Shown here: positions 22,553-37,328 of the stretch, piece after piece
Position numbering within the stretch: position 1 is the first letter of the stretch
How the letters are laid out: each line of letters opens with the position of its first letter
DNA from: Balanoglossus misakiensis
Lineage: Eukaryota; Animalia; Hemichordata
Direction of reading: 5' to 3'
DNA: 64,000 nt
Assembly (NCBI GenBank): GCA_040954595.2
Contig: CM082592.2
Coordinates: 806,001 to 870,000, forward strand
Notes under the pieces: generated by a model
The model's database searches: none
What the model was told of the DNA's origin: nothing
What the model saw: the letters and a program-made list of their open reading frames with translations, nothing else
Translations under genes and position numbers: made by a program

Positions 22553-25031
22553 CATATTTGGATATCTGATGATGTATGACATTTCCATTATATGTAAAAA
22601 TGGTGCTGATTATAAAAAATGCACTCTGAATGAGCTGATTTAATACAAAATTGCGTTTTATTCGTTTTTGCACCAAAAAGGTCATTTTTAGGCAAAACAT
22701 TCTTTATTTTTTTAATTCGGTGACCTGATCATATATAAACAATTGCTTGTATGTTAAAAGTTTTTATGACTTTTAAAAGCAGTGACACTGGCGGCATTCA
22801 ACACGAAAATAACAATTTTAGCCACAATTTGGTCAAAATGGTAATTTTTTGAAAATTACAAAAAATACATGTTTTCTACATTTTCGGAAATCTGATGGAG
22901 TATAGAATGCTCTTCGTATGTATATATCGATACAAATTCCACAAAAGACCGTCTAATTTGGCTCACTGCAGACAAAATTGCGTTTTACCAAATTTTCCTT
23001 GAAAATGTCATTTTTAGAAAAAAAAATAAAAAAAAACTTTGTTCTTCGAATTTGGTGCCCTGATCATATATGACATGTTGATTGTATGTTAAAACTTTCG
23101 ACCACTCCAAAAATGCAGAGATATTGACGGAATTCAAGAAAAAATAGCCATTTTGGCCATATTTTGACAAAAATGGTAAATTTTTAAAAAATCATAAAAA
23201 ATTAACTCTTTTCTTCATTTTCGGAAATATTATGGAGCATGAAGTGTCGTTCTCTTGTAAAAAGTGCTGCAAATTCCAGAAAAGGCGGTATAATTTGAAT
23301 CACCCAAGACAAAATTACCATTTTCGAATTTTTTTCGAAATATTGTCTTTTTTACAAAATAAATAAGAATAAATTCTTTTCTTAGTTTCCAACGGGTAGA
23401 GATACTTTCCACACGGGTTTTCTAACAATGAATTCCCGTTCATCAACTCAGATTTCCTACAGCATAAGTCGGCTAAAACCCTGACACTCTAGAGCAGAAA
23501 CAGTTGCACAAATGGTAACGTTGAACAAGTCGATTTTTCAACGGCCTGGCTCGGCTAAATCTCCTTCACAATATGACAGACACTAGCGTACGTTAGCAAC
23601 GGTGATCAAGTCAGATTTTCTACGGCATGGCTTGGATAAAGCTCCGGCACTCTAGAGCAGAAACACGCGTACAGAGACCACGTTGATCAAGTCTGATCTC
23701 CTACGGCTTGGCTCGACTAAAACCCCGGCACACTATGACAGACACTAGCGTTCATTAGCAACGTTGATCAAGTCAGATTTCCTACGGCATGGCTTGGCTA
23801 AAGCCCTGGCACTCTAGAGCAGAAACACGCGTACAGAGACCACGTTGATCTACTCACATTTCCTTCGGCCTGGCACGGCTGATGCCCCGGCACTATATAT
23901 AGGACACAGACTGGCGTAAGTTAACAACGGTAATCACGTCGGGTTTCCTACGGCCTGGCTCAGCTGAAGCCCCGGCACTCTAGAGCAGAAACAGGCGTAC
24001 ATTGACCACGTTGATCAAGTCAGATTTCCTATGGCGTGACTCGGCTGGTGCACCGGCTCTATATGACACAGACTGGCGTAAGTTATGAACGGTGATTACG
24101 TCGGATTTTCTACGGCTGGGTTTTGCTGAAGCCCCGGCGCTTTAGAGCGGAAACACGCGTACATTGACAACGATGATCAAGTCAGATCTCCTACGGCCTG
24201 GCTCGACTAAAACCCCGGCACACCATGACAGACACTAGCGTTCGTTAGCAACGGTGATCAAGTCGGATTTCCTTCGGCCTGGCTCTGCATAAGACCCGAC
24301 ACTCTAGTACAAAGACGTTGGCTAAGTCGGGCAAACCGAAGAGGGAAAGTCACAGCGGGTCAACACTCGACATTTGTTCGGGTAGGACTGCATTATTGCC
24401 TGTCAATTTATAGAGAAAGCCCGAATTTAACCAGGGCGTTTCAAACACCGACGTTAGTTGGGGGCGCGGCCTGCAGTACTGCCGGGTAAGCTGACATCGG
24501 CGTACCGCATATAATGTAGGGGGGGGGGAACAGAACGGTTCAATACTACATTTATTAAATATCAGCTAATTTTGGACAATCATCTAAAATCTAAATCATT
24601 TTTTCATATTTGGATATCTGATGATGTATGAAATTTCCATTATATGTAAAAATGGTGCTGATTATAAAAAATGCACTCTGAATGAGCTGATTTAATACAA
24701 AATTGCGTTTTATTCGTTTTTGCACCAAAAAGGTCATTTTTAGGCAAAACATTCTTTATTTTTTAATTCGGTGACCTGATCATATATAAACAATTGCTTG
24801 TATGTTGAAAGTTTTCATGACTTTTAAAAGCAGTGACACTGGCGGCATTCAACACGAAAATAACAGTTTTAGCCACAATTTGGTCAAAATGGTAAATTTT
24901 TGAAAATTACAAAAAATACATGTTTTCTACATTTTCGGAAATCTGATGGAGTATAGAATGCTCTTCGTATGTATATATCGATACAAATTCCACAAAAGAC
25001 CGTCTAATTTGGCTCACTTCAGACAAAATTG
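22548..25031 (+). repeat. Satellite block 6 (+)
   Basis: Full GC domain and poly-G at ~24519. Confidence 0.95.
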
Positions 25032-25804
25032 ACCGAAGTTGAGGCCGTAATAAACGACCGACCGATCACATATGTTTCTTCGGATGCTGAAGACGCCGTG
25101 CCGTTGACGCCCGCTCATTTATTACACGGACGCCCCTTGACAACGGTACCTTATCTCACCGTCAAAGACGATGAACTCACCGACCCGACCTACGGTAACC
25201 ATAGCGATCTAAACAAGCGCTACACTTTGATGACTACGCTCCAGACGCGATTTTGGCGACGATGGGTATCGGAATATTTGCCCGCGCTACGTGAAAACCA
25301 CTCGCCAATAGGGAGTCCCGGCAACAAGATACAGGTTGGGGACGTGGTCCTTGTACATGAAGACGTCAAACGACGCCTGGAATGGACTTTGGCTACGGTG
25401 GAACGATTGAACTACGGACGTGACAACCTAGTCCGATCAGCGGAAATCAGAACGGCCAAGGGACACACCACAAGGCCAGTGAGCAAACTCTTCCCGCTGG
25501 AAGTGAACTCGCGCTCCGTATCGACATGAAGTGGACATTGACATTGTCTGTGTTTCAATGACAATCGAACAATGGACAATCTGATTTTTCTAGTTTGCAT
25601 GTATTTCAGAATTTTCTAGTTTATTCTTGATTTCTTGTTCATTTTTGCGGCCCGGGAGAATATCGGAGATGCTAAAAACTCTGACCATGAGTCATTTTGA
25701 GGATCACAGCTCGGATACTTTGAGCCAATCAGAGCTGAGTATTTTAGCCCAATCAGAGGCCTAGTTAATCACCCAATGACATGTCTTTCCCGCCAAAACA
25801 AAAT
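25030..25804 (+). mobile_element. BEL/Pao family B 3' fragment, copy 2
   Basis: Appears identical to 18698-19472, including both junctions (offset 6332 bp). Confidence 0.93.
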
Positions 25805-28800
25805 CCAAGCCGTAGGAGATCAGACTTGATCAACGTGGTCTCTGTACGCGTGTTTCTGCTCTAGAGTGCCGGGGCTTTATCCAAGCCATGCCGTAGAAAA
25901 TCTGACTTGATCACCGTTGCTAACGTAAGCTAGTGTCTGTCATATTGTGACGAAGATTTGGCCGAGCCAGGCCGCAGAAAAATCGACTTGTTCAACGTTA
26001 CCAGTGTGCAACTGTTTCTGCTCTAGAGTGTCAGGGTTTTAGCCGACTTATGCTGTAGGAAATCTGAGTTGATGAACGGGAATTCAATGTTAGAAAACCC
26101 GTGTGGAAAGTATCTCTACCCGTTTGAAACTAAGAAAATAATTTATTCTTATTTATTTTGTAAAAAAGACAATTTTTCGAAAAAAAGTCGAAAATGGTAA
26201 TTTTGTCTTGGGTGATTCAAATTATACCGCCTTTTCTGGAATTTGCAGCACTTTTTACAAGAGAACGACAATTCATGCTCCATAATATTTCCGAAAATGA
26301 AGAAAAGAGTTAATTGTTTAAGATTTTTCTAAAATTTACCATTTTTGTCAAAATATGGCCAAAATGGCTATTTTTTCTTGAATTCCGTCAATATCTCTGC
26401 ATTTTTGGAGTGATCGAAAGTTTTAACATACAATCAACATGTCATATATGATCAGGGCACCAAATTCGAAGAACAAAGGTTTTTTTATTTTTTTTCTAAA
26501 AATGACATTTTCCAGGAAAATTTAGTAAAACGCAATTTTGTCTGCAGTGAGCCAAATTAGACGGTCTTTTGTGGAATTTGTATCGATATATACATACGAA
26601 GAGCATTCTATACTCCATCAGATTTCCGAAAATGTAGAAAACAGGTATTTTTTGTAATTTTCAAAAATGTACCATTTTGACCAAATTGTGGCTAAAATTG
26701 TTATTTTCGTGTTGAATGCCGCCAGTTTCACTGCTTTTAAAAGTCATAAAAACTTTTAACATACAAGCAATTGTTTATATATGATCAGGTCATCGAATTA
26801 AAAAAATAAAGAATGTTTGCCTAAAAATGACCTTTTTGGTGCAAAAACGAATAAAACAGAATTTTGTATTAAATCAGCTCATTCAGAGTGCATTTTTATA
26901 ATCAGCACCATTTTTACATATAATGGAAATTTTATACATCATCAGATATCCAAATATGAAAAAATTATTTAGATTTTAGATGATTGTCCAAAATTAGCTG
27001 ATATCTAATAAATGTAGTATTGAACCGTTCTGTTCCCCCCCCCTACATTATATGCGGTACGCCGATGTCAGCATACCCGGCAGTACTGCAGGCCGTGCCC
27101 CCAACTAACGTCGGTGTTTGAAACGCCCTGGTTAAATTCGAGCTTTCTCTATAAATTGACAGGTAATAATGCAGTCCTACCCGAACAAATGTCGAGTGTT
27201 GACCCGCTGTGACAGCACCATTTTTACGTATAATGGAAATTTCATACATCATCAGATATCCAAATATGAAAAAATTAATTAGAAAAATTAATAAGATGAT
27301 TGTCCAAAATTAGCTGATATCTGATAAATGTAGTATTGAACCGTTCTGTTCCCCCCCCCCTACATTACTTGCGGTACGCCGATGTCAGCTTACCCGGCAG
27401 TACTGCAGGCCGTGCCCCCAACTAACGTCGGTGTTTGAAACGCCCTGGTTAAATTCGAGCTTTCTCTATAAATTGACAGGTAATAATGCAGTCCTACCCG
27501 AACAAATGTCGAGTGTTGACCCGCTGTGACTTTCCCTCTTCGGTTTGCCCGACTTAGCCAACGTCTTTGTACTAGAGTGTCGGGTCTTTTGCAGAGCCAG
27601 GCCGAAGGAAATCCGACTTGATCACCGTTGCTAACGAACGCTAGTGTCTGTCATGGTGTGCCGGGGTTTTAGTCGAGCCAGGCCGTAGGAGATCTGACTT
27701 GATCATCGTGGTCAATGTACGCGTGTTTCCGCTCTAAAGTGCCGGGGCTTCAGCTAAACCAGGCCGTAGGAAATCCGACGTAATCACCGTTGATAACTTA
27801 CGCCAGTCTGTGTCATATAGAGCCGGTGCACCAGCCGAGTCACGCCGTAGGAAATCTGACTTGATCAACGTGATCAATGTACGCCTGTTTCTGCTCTAGA
27901 GTGCCGGGGCTTCAGCTGAGCCAGGCCGTAGGAAACCCGACGTGATTACCGTTGTTAACTTACGCCTGTCTGTGTCCTATATATAGTGCCGGGGCATCAG
28001 CCGTGCCAGGCCGAAGGAAATGTGAGTAGATCAACATGGTCTCTGTACGCGTGTTTCTGCTCTATAGTGCCAGGGCTTTAGCCAAGCCATGCCGTAGGAA
28101 ATCTGACTTGATCAACGTTGCTTACAAACGCTAGTGTCTGTCATAGTGTGCCGGGGTTTTAGTCGAGCCAAGCCGTAGGAGGTCAGACTTGATCAACGTG
28201 CTCTCTGTACGCGTGTTTCTGCTCTAGAGTGCCGGGGCTTTATCCAAGCCATGCCGTAGAAAATCTGACTTGATCACCGTTGCTAACGTACGCTAGTGTC
28301 TGTCATATTGTGACGGAGATTTAGCCGAGCCAGGCCGTAGAAAAATCGACTTGTTCAACGTTACCAGTGTGCAACTGTTTCTGCTCTAGAGTGTCAGGGT
28401 TTTAGCCGACTTATGCTGTAGGAAATCTGAGTTGATGAACGGGAATTCAATGTTAGAAAACCCGTGTGGAAAGTATCTCTACCCGTTTGAAACTAAGAAA
28501 AGAATTTATTCTTATTTATTTTGTAAAAAAGACAATTTTTCGAAAAAAACTCGAAAATGGTAATTTTGTCTTGGGTGATTCAAATTATACCGCCTTTTCT
28601 GGAATTTGCAGCACTTTTTACAAGAGAACGACACTTCATGCTCCATAATATTTCCGAAAATGAAGAAAAGAGTTAATTTTTTATGATTTTTTAAAAATTT
28701 ACCATTTTTGTCAAAATATGGCCAAAATGGCCATTTTTCTTGAATTCCGTCAATATCTCTTCATTTTTGGAGTGGTCGAAAGTTTTAACATACAATCAAC

Positions 28801-29201
28801 ATGTCATATATGATCAGGGCACCAAATTCGAAGAACAAAGGTTTTTTTATTTTTTTTTCTAAAAATGACATTTTCAAGGAAAATTTGGTAAAACGCAATT
28901 TTGTCTGCAGTGAGCCAAATTAGACGGTCTTTTGTGGAATTTGTATCGATATATACATACGAAGAGCATTCTATACTCCATCAGATTTCCGAAAATGTAG
29001 AAAACAGGTATTTTTTGTAATTTTCAAAAATTTACCATTTTGACCAAATTGTGGCTAAAATTGTTATTTTCGTGTTGAATGCCGCCAGTGTCACTGCTTT
29101 TAAAAGTCATAAAAACTTTTAACATACAAGCAATTGTTTATATATGATCAGGTCACCGAATTAAAAAAATAAAGAATGTTTTGCCTAAAAATTACCTTTT
29201 T
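25805..29201 (-). repeat. Satellite block 7 (inverted), with an internal ~315-bp duplication at 26903-27530
   Basis: Two poly-C tracts (~27035 and ~27351). Junction CTGTGAC/CAGCACC at 27213. Confidence 0.95.
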
Positions 29202-32200
29202 CATATTTGGATATCTGATGATGTATGACATTTCCATTATATGTAAAAATGGTGCTGATTATAAAAAATGCACTCTGAATGAGCTGATTTAATACAAAAT
29301 TGCGTTTTATTCGTTTTTGCACCAAAAAGGTCATTTTTAGGCAAAACATTCTTTATTTTTTTAATTCGGTGACCTGATCATATATAAACAATTGCTTGTA
29401 TGTTAAAAGTTTTTATGACTTTTAAAAGCAGTGACACTGGCGGCATTCAACACGAAAATAACAATTTTAGCCACAATTTGGTCAAAATGGTAATTTTTTG
29501 AAAATTACAAAAAATACATGTTTTCTACATTTTCGGAAATCTGATGGAGTATAGAATGCTCTTCGTATGTATATATCGATACAAATTCCACAAAAGACCG
29601 TCTAATTTGGCTCACTGCAGACAAAATTGCGTTTTACCAAATTTTCCTTGAAAATGTCATTTTTAGAAAAAAAAATAAAAAAAAACTTTGTTCTTCGAAT
29701 TTGGTGCCCTGATCATATATGACATGTTGATTGTATGTTAAAACTTTCGACCACTCCAAAAATGCAGAGATATTGACGGAATTCAAGAAAAAATAGCCAT
29801 TTTGGCCATATTTTGACAAAAATGGTAAATTTTTAAAAAATCATAAAAAATTAACTCTTTTCTTCATTTTCGGAAATATTATGGAGCATGAAGTGTCGTT
29901 CTCTTGTAAAAAGTGCTGCAAATTCCAGAAAAGGCGGTATAATTTGAATCACCCAAGACAAAATTACCATTTTCGAATTTTTTTCGAAATATTGTCTTTT
30001 TTACAAAATAAATAAGAATAAATTCTTTTCTTAGTTTCCAACGGGTAGAGATACTTTCCACACGGGTTTTCTAACAATGAATTCCCGTTCATCAACTCAG
30101 ATTTCCTACAGCATAAGTCGGCTAAAACCCTGACACTCTAGAGCAGAAACAGTTGCACAAATGGTAACGTTGAACAAGTCGATTTTTCAACGGCCTGGCT
30201 CGGCTAAATCTCCTTCACAATATGACAGACACTAGCGTACGTTAGCAACGGTGATCAAGTCAGATTTTCTACGGCATGGCTTGGATAAAGCTCCGGCACT
30301 CTAGAGCAGAAACACGCGTACAGAGACCACGTTGATCAAGTCTGATCTCCTACGGCTTGGCTCGACTAAAACCCCGGCACACTATGACAGACACTAGCGT
30401 TCATTAGCAACGTTGATCAAGTCAGATTTCCTACGGCATGGCTTGGCTAAAGCCCTGGCACTCTAGAGCAGAAACACGCGTACAGAGACCACGTTGATCT
30501 ACTCACATTTCCTTCGGCCTGGCACGGCTGATGCCCCGGCACTATATATAGGACACAGACTGGCGTAAGTTAACAACGGTAATCACGTCGGGTTTCCTAC
30601 GGCCTGGCTCAGCTGAAGCCCCGGCACTCTAGAGCAGAAACAGGCGTACATTGACCACGTTGATCAAGTCAGATTTCCTATGGCGTGACTCGGCTGGTGC
30701 ACCGGCTCTATATGACACAGACTGGCGTAAGTTATGAACGGTGATTACGTCGGATTTTCTACGGCTGGGTTTTGCTGAAGCCCCGGCGCTTTAGAGCGGA
30801 AACACGCGTACATTGACAACGATGATCAAGTCAGATCTCCTACGGCCTGGCTCGACTAAAACCCCGGCACACCATGACAGACACTAGCGTTCGTTAGCAA
30901 TGGTGATCAAGTCGGATTACCTTCGGCCTGGCTCTGCAAATGACCCGACACTCTAGTACAAAGACGTTGGCTAAGTCGGGCAAACCGAAGAGGGAAAGTC
31001 ACAGCGGGTCAACACTCGACATTTGGTCGGGTAGGACTGCATTATTGCCTGTCAATTTATAGAGAAAGCCCGAATTTAACCAGGGTGTTTCAAACACCGA
31101 CGTTAGTTGGGGGCACGGCCTGCAGTACTGCCGGGTAAGCTGACATCGGCGTACCGAATATAATGTAGGGGGGGGGGGGGGGGAACAGAACGGTTCAATA
31201 CTACATTTATTAGATATCAGCTAATTTTGGACAATCATCTAAAATCTAAATCATTTTTTCATATTTGGATATCTGATGATGTATGAAATTTCCATTATAT
31301 GTAAAAATGGTGCTGATTATAAAAAATGCACTCTGAATGAGCTGATTTAATACAAAATTGCGTTTTATTCGTTTTTGCACCAAAAAGGTCATTTTTAGGG
31401 AAAACATTCTTTATTCTTTAAATTCGGTGACCTGATCATATATAACGAATTGCTTGTTTGTAAAAAGTTTTGATGACTTTTAAAAGCAGTGACACTGGCG
31501 GCATTCAACACGAAAATAACAATTTAGCCACAATTTGGTCAAAATGGTAAATTTTTGAAAATTACAAAAAATACCTGTTTTCTACATTTTCGGAAATCTG
31601 ATGGAGTATAGAATGCTCTTCGTATGTATATATCGATACAAATTCCACAAAAGACCGTCTAATTTGTCTCACTGCAGACAAAATTGCGTTTTACCAAATT
31701 TTCCTTGAAACGCATTTTTAGAAAAAAAAATAAAAAAACCTTTGTTCTTCGAATTTGGTGCCCCGATCAGATATGACATGTTGATTGTATGTTAAAACTT
31801 TCGACCACTCCAAAAATGCAGAGATATTGACGGAATTCAAGAAAAAATAGCCATTTTGGCCATATTTTGACAAATATGGTAAATTTTTAAAAAAAAATAA
31901 AAAATTAACTCTTTTCTTCATTTTCGGAAATATTATGGATCATGAAGTGTCGTTCTCTTGTAAAAAGTGCTGCAAATTCCAGAAAAGGCGGTATAATTTG
32001 AATCACCCAAGACAAAATTACCATTTTCGACTTTTTTCGAAATATTATCTTTTTTACAAAATAAATAAGAATAAATTCTTTTCTTAGTTTGAAACGGGTA
32101 GAGATACTTTCCACACGGGTTTTCTAACAATGAATTCCCGTTCATCAACTCAGATTTCCTACAGCATAAGTCGGCTGAAACCCTGACACTCTAGAGCAGA

Positions 32201-35200
32201 AACAGTTGCACACTGGTAACGTTGAACAAGTCGATTATTCTACGGCCTGGCTCGGCTAAATCTCCGTCACAATATGACAGACACTAGCGTACGTTAGCAA
32301 CGGTGATCAAGTCAGATTTTCTACGGCATGGCTTGGCTAAAGCCCTGGCACTCTAGAGCAGAAACACGCGTACAGAGACCACGTTGATCAAGTCTGATAT
32401 CCTACGGCTTGGCTCGACTAAAACCCCGGCACACTATGACAGACACTAGCGTTCGTTAGCAACGTTGATCAAGTCAGATTTCCTACGGCATGGCTTTGCT
32501 AAAGCCCTGGCACTCTAGAGCAGAAACACGCGTACAGAGACCACGTTGATCTACTCGGATTTCCTTCGGCCTGGCTCTGCAAAAGACCCGACACTCTAGT
32601 ACAAAGACGTTGGCTAAGTCGGGCAAACCGAAGAGGGAAAGTCACAGCGGGTCAACACTCGACATTTGTTCGGGTAGGACTGCATTATTGCCTGTCAATT
32701 TATAGAGAAAGCCCGATTTTAACCAGGGCGTTTCAAACACCGACGTTAGTTGGGGGCACGGCCTGCAGTACTGCGGGGTAAGCTGACATCGGCGTACCGC
32801 ATATAATGTAGGGGGGGAACAGAACGGTTCAATACTACATTTATTAGATATCAGCTAATTTTGGACAATCATCTAAAATCTAAATCATTTTTTCATATTT
32901 GGATATCTGATGATGTATGAAATTTCCATTATATGTTAAAATGGTGCTGATTATAAAAAATGCACTCTGAATGAGCTGATTTAATACAAAATTGCGTTTT
33001 ATTCGTTTTTGCACCAAAAAGGTCATTTTTAGGCAAAACATTCTTTATTTTATTAATTCGGTGACCTGATCATATATAAAAAATTGCTTGTATGTTAAAA
33101 GTTTTTATGACTTTTAAAAGCAGTGACACTGGCGGCATTCAACACGAAAATAACAATTTTAGCCACAATTTGGTCAAAATGGTAAATTTTTGAAAATTAC
33201 AAAAAATACCTGTTTTCTACATTTTCGGAAATCTGATGGAGTATAGAATGCTCTTCGTATGTATATATCGATACAAATTCCACAAAAGACCGTCTAATTT
33301 GGCTCACTGCAGACAAAATTGCGTTTTACCAAATTTTCCTTGAAAATGTCATTTTTAGAAAAAAAAATAAAAAAACCTTTGTTCTTCGAATTTGGTGCCC
33401 TGATCATATATGACATGTTGATTGTATGTTAAGACTTTCGACCACTCCAAAAATGCAGAGATATTGACGGAATTCAAGAAAAAATAGCCATTTTGGCCAT
33501 ATTTTGACAAAAATGGAAAATTTTTAAAAAATCATAAAAAATTAACTCTTTTATTCATTTTCGGAAATATTATGGAGCATGAAGTGTCCTTCTCTTGTAA
33601 AAAGTGCTGTAAATTCCAGAAAAGGCGGTATAATTTGAATCACCCAAGACAAAATTACCATCTTCGACTTTTTTTCGAAAAATTGTCTTGTTTACGAAAT
33701 AAATAAGAATAAATTCTTTTCTTAGTTTCAAACGGGTAGAGATACTTTCCACACGGGTTTTCTAACATTGAATTCCCGTTCATCAACTCAGATTTCCTAC
33801 AGCATAAGTCGGCTAAAACCCTGACACTCTAGAGCAGAAACAGTTGCACACTGGTAACGTTGAACAAGTCGATTTTTCTACGGCCTGGCTCGGCTAAATC
33901 TCCGTCACAATATGACAGACACTAGCGTACGTTAGCAACGGTGATCAAGTCAGATTTTCTACGGCATGGCTTGGCTAAAGCCCCGGCACTCTAGAGCAGA
34001 AACACGCGTACAGAGACCACGTTGATCAAGTCTGATATCCTACGGCTTGGCTCGACTAAAACCCCGGCACACTATGACAGACACTAGCGTTTGTAAGCAA
34101 CGTTGATCAAGTCAGATTTCCTACGGCATGGCTTGGCTAAAGCCCTGGCACTATAGAGCAGAAACACGCGTACAGAGACCACGTTGATCTACTCACATTT
34201 CCTTCGGCCTGGCACGGCTGATGCCCCGGCACTATATATAGGACACAGACTGGCGTAAGTTAACAACGGTAATCACGTCGGGTTTCCTACGGCCTGGCTC
34301 AGCTGAAGCCCCGGCACTCTAGAGCAGAAACAGGCGTACATTGATCACGTTGATCAAGTCAGATTTCCTACGGCGTGACTCGGCTGGTGCACCGGCTCTA
34401 TATGACACAGACTGGCGTAAGTTATCAACGGTGATTACGTCGGATTTCCTACGGCCTGGTTTAGCTGAAGCCCCGGCACTTTAGAGCGGAAACACGCGTA
34501 CATTGACCACGATGATCAAGTCAGATCTCCTACGGCCTGGCTCGACTAAAACCCCGGCACACCATGACAGACACTAGCGTTCGTTAGCAACGGTGATCAA
34601 GTCGGATTTCCTTCGGCCTGGCTCTGCAAAAGACCCGACACTCTAGTACAAAGACGTTGGCTAAGTCGGGCAAACCGAAGAGGGAAAGTCACAGCGGGTC
34701 AACACTCGACATTTGTTCGGGTAGGACTGCATTATTACCTGTCAATTTATAGAGAAAGCTCGAATTTAACCAGGGCGTTTCAAACACCGACGTTAGTTGG
34801 GGGCACGGCCTGCAGTACTGCCGGGTAAGCTGACATCGGCGTACCGCAAGTAATGTAGGGGGGGGGAACAGAACGGTTCAATACTACATTTATCAGATAT
34901 CAGCTAATTTTGGACAATCATCTTATTAATTTTTCTAATTAATTTTTTCATATTTGGATATCTGATGATGTATGAAATTTCCATTATACGTAAAAATGGT
35001 GCTGTCACAGCGGGTCAACACTCGTCATTTGTTCGGGTAGGACTGCATTATTACCTGTCAATTTATAGAGAAAGCTCGAATTTAACCAGGGCGTTTCAAA
35101 CACCGACGTTAGTTGGGGGCACGGCCTGCAGTACTGCCGGGTATGCTGACATCGGCGTACCGCATATAATGTAGGGGGGGGGGGGGGGGAACAGAACGGT

Positions 35201-36420
35201 TCAATACTACATTTATTAGATATCAGCTAATTTTGGACAATCATCTAAAATCTAAATCATTTTTTCATATTTGGATATCTGATGATGTATAAAATTTCCA
35301 TTATATGTAAAAAATGGTGCTGATTATAAAAATGCACTCTGAATGAGCTGATTTAATACAAAATTCTGTTTCTATTCGTTTTTGCACCAAAAAGGTCATT
35401 TTTAGGCAAACATTCTTTATTTTTTTAATTCGATGACCTGATCATATATAAACAATTGCTTGTATGTTAAAAGTTTTTATGACTTTTAAAAGCAGTGAAA
35501 CTGGCGGCATTCAACACGAAAATAACAATTTTAGCCACAATTTGGTCAAAATGGTAAATTTTTGAAAATTACAAAAAATACCTGTTTTCTACATTTTCGG
35601 AAATCTGATGGAGTATAGAATGCTCTTCGTATGTATATATCGATACAAATTCCACAAAAGACCGTCTAATTTGGCTCACTGCAGACAAAATTGCGTTTTA
35701 CTAAATTTTCCTGGAAAATGTCATTTTTAGAAAAAAAATAAAAAAACCTTTGTTCTTCGAATTTGGTGCCCTGATCATATATGACATGTTGATTGTATGT
35801 TAAAACTTTCGACCACTCCAAAAATGAAGAGATATTGACGGAATTCAAGAAAAATAGCCATTTTGGCCATATTTTGACAAAAATGGTAAATTTTTAATAA
35901 ATCATAAAAAATTAACTCTTTTCTTCATTTTCGGAAATATTATGGAGCATGAAGTGTCGTTCTCTTGTAAAAAGTGCTGCAAATTCCAGAAAAGGCGGTA
36001 AAATTTGAATCACCCAAGACAAAATTACCATTTTCGACTTTTTTCGAAATATTGTCTTTTTTTACAAATTAATAAGAATTAATTCTTTTCTTTGTTTCAA
36101 ACGGGTAGAGATACTTTCCACACGGGTTTTCTAACAATGAATTCCCGTTCATCAACTCAGATTTCCTACAGCATAAGTCGGCTAAAACCCTGACACTCTA
36201 GAGCAGAAACAGTTGCACAAATGGTAACGTTGAACAAGTCGATTTTTCAACGGCGTGGCTCGGCTAAATCTCCGTCACAATATGACAGACACTAGCGTAC
36301 GTTAGCAACGGTGATCAAGTCAGATTTTCTACGGCATGGCTTGGATAAAGCCCCGGCACTCTAGAGCAGAAACACGCGTACAGAGACCACGTTGATCAAG
36401 TCTGATCTCCTACGGCTTGG
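29197..36420 (+). repeat. Satellite block 8 (+)
   Basis: Poly-G at ~31168, ~32811, ~34858 and ~35174. Confidence 0.95.
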
Positions 36421-37328
36421 ATTTTGTTTTGGCGGGAAAGACATGTCATTGGGTGATTAACTAGGCCTCTGATTGGGCTAAAATACTCAGCTCTGATTGG
36501 CTCAAAGTATCCGAGCTGTGATCCTCAAAATGACTCATGGTCAGAGTTTTTAGCATCTCCGATATTCTCCCGGGCCGCAAAAATGAACAAGAAATCAAGA
36601 ATAAACTAGAAAATTCTGAAATACATGCAAACTAGAAAAATCAGATTGTCCATTGTTCGATTGTCATTGAAACACAGACAATGTCAATGTCCACTTCATG
36701 TCGATACGGAGCGCGAGTTCACTTCCAGCGGGAAGAGTTTGCTCACTGGCCTTGTGGTGTGTCCCTTGGCCGTTCTGATTTCCGCTGATCGGACTAGGTT
36801 GTCGCGTCCGTAGTTCAATCGTTCCACCGTAGCCAAAGTCCATTCCAGGCGTCGTTTGACGTCTTCATGTACAAGGACCACGTCCCCAACCTGTATCTTG
36901 TTGCCGGGACTCCCTATTGGCGAGTGGTTTTCACGTAGCGCGGGCAAATATTCCGATACCCATCGTCGCCAAAATCGCGTCTGGAGCGTAGTCATCAGAG
37001 TGTAGCGCTTGTTTAGATCGCTATGGTTACCGTAGGTCGGGTCGGTGAGTTCATCGTCTTTGACGGTGAGATAAGGTACCGTTGTCAAGGGGCGTCCGTG
37101 TAATAAATGAGCGGGCGTCAACGGCACGGCGTCTTCAGCATCCGAAGAAACATATGTGATCGGTCGGTCGTTTATTACGGCCTCAACTTCGGTCAGTAAG
37201 GTATACAGTTCATTGAATGTCACGGAGGCGCGTCCTAAGACCTTCTTTATTGCGGTCTTAGTTATTCCGATTAGCCGTTCCCAGAATCCCCCGAACCAAG
37301 GGGCTCGTTTCGGGATGAAGTTCCACTG
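36421..37328 (-). mobile_element. BEL/Pao family B 3' fragment, copy 3 (longest; integrase from QWNFIPKRAPWFGGFWE, stop at 36696, partial LTR 36421-36564)
   Basis: Reverse complement of copies 1 and 2 plus ~133 bp more integrase. Same LTR-side junction. Two synonymous differences seen. Confidence 0.93.
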
